DNA of 64,000 nucleotides from assembly GCF_009914755.1 (NCBI RefSeq), contig NC_060926.1; one strand, written 5' to 3'. Under the pieces are notes generated by a model. The model was given only the letters and a program-made list of their open reading frames with translations, was not told the origin of the DNA and ran no database searches. Of the stretch, positions 53,393 through 64,000 are shown in pieces. A program made the position numbers and the translations under genes. This DNA comes from the human T2T-CHM13v2.0 reference genome, Homo sapiens. Every line of letters starts with the position of its first letter. Positions within the stretch are counted from its first letter, which is position 1.

Positions 53393-56300
53393 TTAAGTCA
53401 ACAGCAATCTCCTAGGTGACCAAGAGGCTAAGATACGGGCTGGTATTTCTTACCACTTATAAGTGGGCTGACATAAAGATCAAAATGCACCCTCTAAACT
53501 GCCCAAGAACTGGAATGTACTATGCTAGTAGCTGTCTCCCTGGATTATAACTGCACTGAGTCAGTCGGTAGAATGAGGGCCTGCATGTTACCACTGATGA
53601 AAACTGAGCCCTATCTACCACCATCAGCAGCCTCCAACTCTGTGGGTTGAAAAACCACTTATCCCTCTAGCCACTGGTCACTCAGGGGGGCTGCACTGTC
53701 CAGTCAGATGGTGAAGAAATGGCACTACTACTGTGCTTTCTTTCCTAACCCAAACATGAAGCCAGAAGTCACAAAACCCAGTGTCTGCAAGGCCAGGCAG
53801 ATAAAGTATGTGCCGTGGGTCAAGTGTAAGAAACACAGCACTCTTGGGCTATCTGTTTCCACTTCCGATAAGGCATGGATACAAAGAAGTATAGCTCTTC
53901 TTGTAAGAAGAAACAACAGAAAGCGGGACAATACTTGGCAACCAATGGCTTGCCTTTGAGTTGTGGAGCCACAGGGAGTGATGGGAACAGTGGAAACATA
54001 GTCATCACATGGCTATGGCAAATGGGTAATGATTGCTCTTCAGCTACATCCAATTACAGCCACATGGGAATGTGAGCCCACTGTGGCCAGATCTGATTTT
54101 TCCAGACAAAGCCAGAAATACAAACTTTTTTGTGTGACATTTAACGATTTTAAATGTTGGCCAAAAAAAAAAAAAAAACCAAACCAAAAACGTCATGAAT
54201 TTTTTAAAACTACCCTATAGGCAAAATAAAAGCATACGTTAGACTTGGTACATGCTTAAGGAAAGGAAGTCTAAACCCTACTTAACTTCTAAATAGGGCA
54301 GTGTAATTGTTCAAATTTTAAGAGACAAGAGGTGGTGCACTCATATATACTGCGGTACCAACAGGATGCCATGTCCTGCCAAGGGCTACAGATGCCCTCT
54401 GTTTCTGAAGGTAAACATCTTCTAAGGAATGCCAACTCCCGGTCACTCCAGGCTTTCCTTTCATCTGCTTTGGGACCACTCCAGTTCCCCATGTTGCCTC
54501 CCAGGCCTGGCTATTCTTAGCACAGTCACCGTAATTGAAACGCCAAGGTGCTGCCTGTCATGAGACACTAATGGGAATACAAACTCTCATTTATGATGCT
54601 GTCGAAAATGCACTATTGGCCTGTGTCGCGGGACGCTGATCTACTCAATCTCCCACAAATACCATGTTGCAGAATTTGTACCATCTGCTCAGCAAATTTC
54701 TAGCTCCAGAAACTGTAGTGTATTTTAAAGAAGAAAACAAAGCAAAAGACTAACCAAATCACCCATCTCTGACATCTCTTTCAGTGAAATAACCAATCGG
54801 TTTGGAACATTTCTCCACGTAAATCATACAAAAGACCAGATTAAATCCAAATACATCAACTGCTGGAAGGTTGTAAATCAATAAGTCAGTTGATTTGAAG
54901 AGTGGAATACTAACTTTGGCAATTTCCCCATAAGAACTCTTTGTCCACATCCAATAATTACGGCTACCCATAATGCTCACAATCTCCAAGTAACAGCCTC
55001 CACACCCTTCAGAGCTGGGCAACTTGTGTGTACACGCTACCATCACACTCTGACCACTCACAAAGAATTCACCTTGGTCCCAGTTGATGTAACAGAACAC
55101 TCTCCTTCAAAAGACTATGGACAGAGAGTCACCATCTGCAGGGCTTCTTTATTAGCCAGAGTGAGAGAGGCACAAAGCAGAGAAACTTGAGATGGAAATA
55201 GAAGGAAGATGGGGAATAAGGAGAAACTCTCCTGGAGCATACTCTGTAGAAGACAGCTGCTGATTCATGTAAATACAGGAGGACTTCTAGGTAATGGATG
55301 GAAATGTAATAATAACTTGTATTCTTGGGTAGCAGAACAGAGTTCCAAGGGAATGGGAGACAATAACTGCATAAAGTACACTTCCTCAGCCCTGGAGTGG
55401 GAGGTTATCTCTGGGCTCCAGGACGCATGGGGTCTTTATTTAGTACTTAGAGAATGAAGATAAGAGGAAAATAGCTTCCCAGGAAGAAGGAAAAAAAAAG
55501 GAAGAAAAACATAACTGCTCCTTTATAAGCATCCTAAGGGAGCACTAAGCCAACGTGACCAGTCTGGACACCCCTTCCCTATTCACCAAACACTACTACA
55601 GAGGAAGCCCTGGTGAGGGGGAGGTGTGGGACACAGGGACTGGGGGAGACAGGATGCAAAAGCGATCCCATTTCCTCCCAAGAAAAGCCAGGCCCCTGCT
55701 GCCATCCTGCAAGCTGGGGAACCCTGAGGCTTTCAGGGGCTTTTATCGTATTAGAAGCATTTTTCTCATCATAACCGAGACCTTTAGTATTGCATTAAAA
55801 AGATGGTTAATTTTCTTAAGCTTCCTTTTAAACACAGAAATAGGATTAGAAGGATAACACGCTCAGATGCAAGCCCATTATTTGATTATGTCTAAACCTA
55901 ATCCTGCCTTCACCTTGGCCTGCAGAGTCTCCATTTTGGGGTTTATTGGTTGATAATGCCAGGGCTGTCAGATACTATTACTTGGGTAGTATCTGTTGCT
56001 ACGTGCTCTTTCTTCTACTATTGAATGCAGAAGGCTTAAAATTGAATTACAGGAGGAGTTCTCAAAACCTTGTCATTTTTTGCACCCTTGTACCTATTTT
56101 CAAGGAAGAAAGAATGATCTGGGCCCCCAAAGAATGGGAACTCTGTTCAGTACAATTCATTTCCAATAATGGGTTCAGAGAAAAGCCTTATAGTGATAGG
56201 AACCCTAACCTTCCTTCCATTAAGCAAGCTTTCTACTCTTTCTTATTACTATAGATGAGGGAAAGTGGTACTGACATTGATACAAAGATCAGAAGTCCCT

Positions 56301-56632
56301 ACAGATGACCATTCTCTGTCTCACTACTTTTCATATTATACTAAAGTTATCTGTCACATCTTGTTGATACCGAGTGATTAACACCATTTCTGGCTCAAAG
56401 CTAGTGTTCTGTAAATGCTTGTGTAACTGAACCAAGAATTCACACCACCTCTTGATTTCATGCAAGAGGGCACCCCCTCTTCTCACTGGTCCTCTCCATG
56501 GAGAAAAGGCATTCCCAGGTCCAAGTGTCTGTGAGTCAGACCTGTGATAAGTCCAAGCACACGGGTGCTGCTCACCCTCCAACCCACTTCCCCATCTCTC
56601 CTCCCTAGCCCATCAACTTCTACTTCTCTTTA

Positions 56633-56806
<174 letters not shown>

Positions 56807-57774
56807 TTACACCCAACCAGCCTGTGCTGCCTGCTGGTCAGGCTTGGGAAAGGGCTGTTTAACTCATTCCTGAAAGACTAGATTTCCTAACATAGTATAC
56901 CACTGTCTTTTGGGTTTTTTTTCCAAATCTCCTGGTGTTTTGTTTTTTGTTTTCTTTTTTGTTAACCTTCAAAAGTGGTTTTACCAGATCCTCAAATCTG
57001 GAGCTGTCATTTTAGTTCCCAGAGTCAGAGCATTTCCTCTGACTGGTGAAGGATCAATTTTTATTTATTTTCGATTCCCCGGAGCACTTTCACCCCCACA
57101 GTCCAGGCAGAAAGGAAATGTGCTATTTTCATCTGAACCACAAATGCTTCTAATTCTATTTTTCTCCAGAACCTACACTCATTTGCCATTTCAGGCTTTT
57201 TAGTCTTCTCCCTCCCCTTCCCTCCTACCACAAGCTGCAGCCAGGTAGCTGACTGACAAAGCAAACAGCTTAGGTCTCCCAGAGCCACCGTTCCTTCCAG
57301 TAAATGTGATGGATGGACAATGAGGAGAAAGGTCTACAATTTCAGAGTAAAACAAAAATCACTTGACAATCCCTGGCATTTATGGAAAATACTATCACAA
57401 AAGTCTGAGTTAGGAAGCTCATAGCTTAACAACTGCAGAGTGTTCTTATTAGAGAATAATATACATTATTGTAAAATATTTTCAAAATCAATTTGGAGAG
57501 CAAGGTTTTAGCCACAGGGAAGCTGCTTATAAGCATGAAATTCAAACACTTGTGCTCAAGTGACCTTTTCACACAGTAAATACAGATGGAAGGATATGTA
57601 AGAGCAAGTACATGACTTTGCCTTAGACCTTTTTTTTAACTCATCATGTCTGTCACCAAACATGACAAATATTTACCCTTCCAACTGTATGGTGGACTGG
57701 TTCTAATTAAAAAGAAAAATAATCTTTGGAAACCTGTGAAATCATGAAGCTGAGTTACTGAGCCCCGTCACTGA

Positions 57775-58005
57775 GAGGCAGGTTAGTATGTGGTTAAGAG
57801 CTTTGAAGCCAAACTTCTTGGGATCAGCTTCTAGTTCTGTCCTTAATTGTCTGACCTTGGGCAGGTTAACAAACCTCTGTGTGTCTCTGTTTTCTTAGAG
57901 ATAATAATAATAGGTACCTCAAAGGGTTTAGAGAAGATAAATCAATACACATGCATATTATATATTAATTAGAACAATGCCTGGCATATGTAAGAGTCAC
58001 ATAAC
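57775..58005 (+). mobile_element. MIR SINE
   Basis: gtggttaagagc...tgaccttgggcaggttaac...cctctgtgtgtctctgttttct...agaacaatgcctggcata. Confidence 0.8.
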
Positions 58006-61000
58006 TAATAAACATTAAAAACCGCCAAACTCAAAGTTTCAGGATACCTAGGTGCCAAAGTACTATGGCATCCCATTATTTCCCCAGTTTGAAAAGCTAA
58101 ATCTTTACTAGGCAGCCCTGAAGGAGACATTACCCAGGTACTATACTTGACCTACTTTCTTCTTTCCACCTTTCCCCTTCCCTTTAAACCTGACTACAAA
58201 GCATTCACAATTCTTTATTTGTATCACCTAGAATCAAACCAAACATGCTTGAAAATTTTATTTCATTAAATTGGTGCCCTAGTGAGCCACTGCTCTGTAA
58301 GACCCACAGAGAAGGGGAACGAGAAACACGGGCATTTCTTTTAAAGGGAACCAAGAGGACATGAAGGAGGGCTGGAGGCACAGGAGGAAACCCATTCAGT
58401 TTTGGAAACCAGGAAAAAAAGAGGATGAATCACTGAGCAGTGTTAAAAGTTCACCTTCTGGCTCCTTTAAGCCAAAAGTTTAGAAAAGATGTGCTGGCTG
58501 AAGAAAAGGTAGCCAAGTGGAGGTGCCACATAACCTTTGGAGTCAGCCTACTTGGGATCTTGCTGCGTTCATTCCAGACTCTAGAACTCAGTGTATTTGT
58601 CTGTTAAACGAGGGTGAGCTTATTAATAAATCCATGTTTATAGTGAGGTTTCAATCAGTTGTGCGTAAGAAACGTTTGTTCAGCCTTGCATGCAGTCAGT
58701 ATTCAGTTCCTGTCTCAACTCCCTTTCCTCTGCCTGTGTTCACAGAGGTTACTAGGAAGACAGGCCCTGAAATCGCTGTCAATAAAATCCTTCAGAGCTC
58801 ATGGCTCCAGAAAGCCAAGTCTACAGACATGCTGGGTATCTGAAATATTAGAAACAGAGAGTCTTTTAAGTATTTTCTCAGCATATTGATGGAGAATGAA
58901 TCCAAAACAGGGAGTGTTCTTTAGGACTGCTCTGAATGAGTAGGACACACAAAGGGAAGTAAGAGATCCCAGCACCCTGCAGGAGAGACATGTTAGCATC
59001 ATGTATTTAATGCTGCTGATCACCCACTAGGCTCTGTTATCTCAAGGGGAAATCTGGCACAAACAAAAAAAGGAGAATGAGGCACCTAAGACTTTGGAAA
59101 TTCAAAACGCCCTCCACCCATGAAGGCCTTCGAATGTAGTTAAAACTGGAGGTTCCTGGAACCTTGGGGACCAAACACACTTCCAATGCAATGAGGCACC
59201 TAGGAAATTCCATGAAATTCTACAGCAACAAGCAGAGACATCTAGTTCCCAGAATCAATCCCAAAATCGAACTGACTTGTCTATCACAGGCAACCACATT
59301 CTGAAGGACACAGGAAGGGCAGATAAAATGAAGAAGACTGAAGTGGACGTCTTTGGATATTTTTTCCCATTTCAAACTGTTTGCTTTTCCCCTTGCTGAA
59401 TTCCTTTAACTAGTTTCATTTTGACAAATAATATCAAGGATATAGTTCTTTTCCAGAAAATGATAAGACTCTTAGTTACTTCCCAGTACAAACCAACTCT
59501 CCAACCCAGGAGCTATTTCAGTGTCCTCGTGGCTGTGTCCACTATTGAGAAACTGCAGATAGCTTGACTTAGCTCTGAATCTTATCACCTGACATTGTTT
59601 CCTGCTTGCGGCAAACACTACTCAGAATAATACTGAGGACAGGCTCCTTTGTGCCCTGATATTTTAGCCATGTTACTATTATAGTGATTTATCAAGCTAT
59701 TTTTCCACCATCTGGCTAGTTTACTGACAAGTTGCCATTCCTGCAAATACTAATAAAAAATTTAAAATAATCAAGAATGCCCAATGAAGGAGCAGTGCCT
59801 GAAGGCAGAACTCAGAAATCAGAGAAGCAGAAAAAATATATATAAAGAATTGGGAATATGACTTTATATTTAGGGCACAGGAATTGTGGAGTTAGACTGG
59901 CCTTGTTTCCAGGTTCTATACCCACCTCTATAAACCAATTCCTACTGGAAAGGCAGGTCAGGGAAATTCTTCTGTCAGTATTTTCAGCATGGCCAAGACT
60001 GCATCTCCCTAAACACCAACAGCCACAGCTTGATCTTGGAGGGTGGACATATCTGTAGCCATGATACATTTGTTTTCATCCTTAAAAGCCTACCTGAAGA
60101 TTTCTGCTCATTTCATCAAAGGCTGAATTTCTTTCTTTATAAAAGAAAAAAAGAAAGGCTTTCTTTATGAGAGAGAGGAAAACTGCACGTCAGTGGTACC
60201 AGAGCAGGTTTCATGCAAAATCAGCTCTTCTCTTTCACTCTCCCTTCTTTCACTTTCCCTTCTCTCCTTCCTCCACTCCAGATACTTCTCCTGGGTATAA
60301 AACAGAAACTGTCATGGCCTTGCACAACACTATGCTGTATCGCACTTGGAATGATGCACACTGTTCAGCTCACTGCACCTCTAGAGTGAACAAAAATGCT
60401 CAAGAGTGGTCTATGTGAGACAGGTAGATGGAAGAGAGACTTAAAAACCCAGGACTCCAGTCCAGGAAGGGCATGTGAGTGAAGGCAAGGACACCACCCA
60501 GAGGGTGGGTGAGGCAGTGAGGCTGTGCCCCCACAGCTCACAATGCTGGAGGCAGAGGACACCCTCAGGACCTCCTAAATGTCAGGGTGAATATCAAGAA
60601 CCACTTTCTCTGTCTGGCAACAACCCTAGGATACTTGTTTCCCTGGGGGAGTAGTATATGCCACCTCAGAAGTGAGAGTAAGTCTCATCAGGTGAAAACA
60701 GACTTATAGCCAGATGAGGGCTCGTAAGGAGAGGTAAGGGTGCTTGAGAAACAGGACTGACATTTAGAGAGGTTAAATCACGTCAAGAACTCGCGTTCTC
60801 CCGCAAAATTCATCTGAAATGAAATGTGGTCTAAACCAGTGTGGCATTTTGTTAGTTTCTTACAGGGTCACTCTCCCTATATCGTGATCATCAGAATTGA
60901 CTGATCAAAAAACACTGCCATAAATACTTTTTGAGCATGCATCTATGATATATGTAGGCTTATTCATGAACCATACAGATGTACTAATGTTCTATTAGGA

Positions 61001-61164
61001 TATTATAAAATATATATTCAATAGACCAATTAAAAATGAGAATAAATTAAATATAAATAGAAGTCATACATATTTCTTCTTGCCTTCAAAAAGACTGTGT
61101 TGCACAACCCTACTTCTGGCCACTGCCCTGTAGGATAAATAAAAATAGCTTTGCTCTCAGCCCC

Positions 61165-61880
61165 ACCATCTCACTGGTCTTAGGCCTTCCATTCATGGCT
61201 CCTACAGTCTATTCTACTTATAACAGTCAAAGCAATCCTTTGAAAATGTAAATCAGAGCATAAGTGACTCTTACAGGGGGCCTTAGTCTATATATTTCCA
61301 TATAAATGGTCTCTTTGACATCCACTGGATTTTATGCATTTAAAAACATTATTCTGCAAAGGGTTCCACAGGTTTTGCCAGACTGCCAAAGACATTCACC
61401 CAAAAAAAGGTTAAGATGAAATTAAAGTGTAAAAGTTCCAATGGTTTTCTATCGTTCTCAGAAAAAAAGTCAAAAGCCAGGCAAGGCTCTACAGTACAGC
61501 CTGCATGATCTGGCTCCTGGCTACCTCTCCAATATCATCTCCTACGCTCCCCTCCCCGATTCACCACATTGCTGCCCTGCCTGCAGGCTCCCACCTCGAG
61601 GCCTTTGCACTGGCTCCTCGCTCTGCCTGGAACACTCTTGCTCCCTCACTTCATTCCGGTCTCTGCCTGAATGTCTCCTCCTCTTAGAGAACTTCCTTCA
61701 CTATCCTCTGTAAAACAGCAGATTCTGTCACTTTCTCCATAGCACTTAATTACTTTGAAATGCAGTTGCACATTGTTTGAGTGTATTATAGTCTGTTTCC
61801 CTCACCAGAGCATAAGCTTCATGCAGACATCCATTTTGTTCACTGTGATACCAACAGCACTAAAGCAGTGCTTGGCTCAA
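61165..61880 (+). mobile_element. L2 fragment interrupted by a small hAT-like element (~61270-61420)
   Basis: ctgcatgatctggctcctggctacctctcc...gcctttgcactggct...ctctgcctggaacactc...ttgttcactg. Confidence 0.7.
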
Positions 61881-63061
61881 TCCCGTCCGATACATTAGGT
61901 GAATTTAACAAAGCATCCTGATTTGCAACAAAAACCTGAATACACCTAGAGGGGCAGAACAGCCTGTGTGATTTCCAGTCCCTCACTTTCTAGGTATTAA
62001 ACTGGTTTACGAGGGGAAATGTTTGCTTGGTTGCTTAAATCTGATATCCTTCTTTGACAAGGACTAAAATGTGGTAAGTTTTCCTTTACCATTAAATATC
62101 ACTTCTACTTCTTCCCTATCTTCCACAGCCTAAAAGACGAGGATCCTGAAAACTTCCTGTAACTTAATCTCACACATAGGAACCTATCCTCCTGAGCAAT
62201 ATCCCCTCTGGGAAGCAAAGTGCGTCATTTTATGAAACTCATTTGTAATGTTTATCTCTGAAGATGTATTTGAGACAGCATAAGTGATATGTCAAATGTA
62301 CTGTGCTATAAATTTGCCTTTAAGATAGAGAGTGTAGCATAAAATATGAACACGTGGCAGAATCTTGCACTCAAGGTTTAAAATCTGTTGAAAATAAACT
62401 CACTAATACAAATGTTCTGCATTCATTTCCTGATCTGCAAAATTTCAAATTCTTAATGCAAGTTCTAAAGAGATTAGGATTTTGACCTGCCTAGATTTCT
62501 GTTAAGACTAATTTTACCTGTTTCCTTTTATTTATTTATTTTTTTAATGTGGTTCTAGACATTTAGGTATGTCAAGGTCCTAGTCTCTTGAGGACTTGGA
62601 TTAAGAATTTGGAAACTCTGCAGATCAGGAAATGGAAAAGAAAACTGGAAAAGAGGAATACTTTGCAATGAGTTAATACTGCTGCCTAATACATCTCGAA
62701 GAAATCAGCAAAGACCCATCAATTGCTTTCACATCACACTCAGTCGCACTAGAGAATTTAAGCAAGCTGGAGAATAAAGACATTGTAGAGAAAGTGTCAC
62801 TAAGCTTTCTCAGCAATGGAAACAGAGTAACCGGTGAATTTCACTCCATAGCTTGTCAATGTCTTCTCAACCTGTAGGTGATGCAACTAAAAAATACCTA
62901 TGCTAAGTCACTGTATCTGCTTTGGAAAATTGTCTCAGAGCCCCTCTTAGATTCCAGCTGGGTCTTAAATATTTTTTTCAAGGTTTTTTGCGTATCTGAT
63001 TGATGGAAAATAAAAATTCTTTTATAGAATTCCCAAAACATTTATAATAACTACTACATAA

Positions 63062-63523
<462 letters not shown>

Positions 63524-63717
63524 TGTTTTTATTCTTAAAACAACTAAAAAACAATAACTGGTCCTGGGTTAGGTTTACTCCTCACCACCTTAAAATGTTT
63601 GTTCAAAAATCTGTAATCCAAAATTTAAACCATATCCTCAATGAGGTACAGCTCCTACTTCAGAATACGGAGAGAGGTGAGAAAAGATTTTGACTGAATA
63701 CTGCAACTGCTGACAAC

Positions 63718-64000
63718 AATTGTGTTTGTGTTCAATATAGTAGCCAGTAGCCACACATAGCAACGAGTGCTTGAAATGTTGCTGAGGTAACTAAAAAACT
63801 GAACTTTTAATTTAACCTTGATTAAAATTCAGATTAAAAAATTGAAGCAGTGTAAAAATATTTCACACTCTTATTTTGGTAGAACTGCATTTAACTTTCA
63901 CCATTGAAAATTTAGCATGAGATACCCTGGAAACATACAATACACACTGGATCTCAAGGAATTAGTATTAAAAAAGAATGTAAAATATTTCTCACTAATA
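63718..64000. mobile_element. MER33/MER3-like hAT-Charlie element (runs off window)
   Basis: ttcaatatagtagccagtagccacaca...gagtgcttgaaatgt...aactgaacttttaattt. Confidence 0.6.

Noticed and set aside
54759-55100. 113-aa minus-strand ORF in the last KLF7 intron
   Set aside because: No recognisable domain, a non-ATG start and no convincing splice sites.

Overview
Primate (almost certainly human) genomic DNA, not prokaryotic. The right third holds the 3' end of KLF7 on the minus strand: a 124-bp zinc-finger exon (56634-56757), the last coding exon (49390-49441, ...RCFSRSDHLALHMKRHI*), and a ~7-kb 3'UTR ending near an AATAAA at 42328-42333. The 5' part of the gene lies beyond the window. The left ~42 kb is repeat-rich intergenic DNA. 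It contains a HERV-K(HML-2) LTR5_Hs-type solo LTR with a perfect 6-bp TSD, several Alus, L1/L2/MIR/MLT/MER relics, a probable decayed ERVL-like pol fragment and a ~260-bp GAA-rich polypurine tract. Almost all ORFs in the supplied track are spurious. I found no convincing new multi-gene system. The best leads are: two AluY copies 47 kb apart sharing an unusual 7-nt duplication, splice-site features around the KLF7 zinc-finger exons, the LTR5_Hs as a candidate KLF7 enhancer, and an old local ~2-kb-period duplication. Boundaries and subfamily names of old repeats are by eye and approximate.
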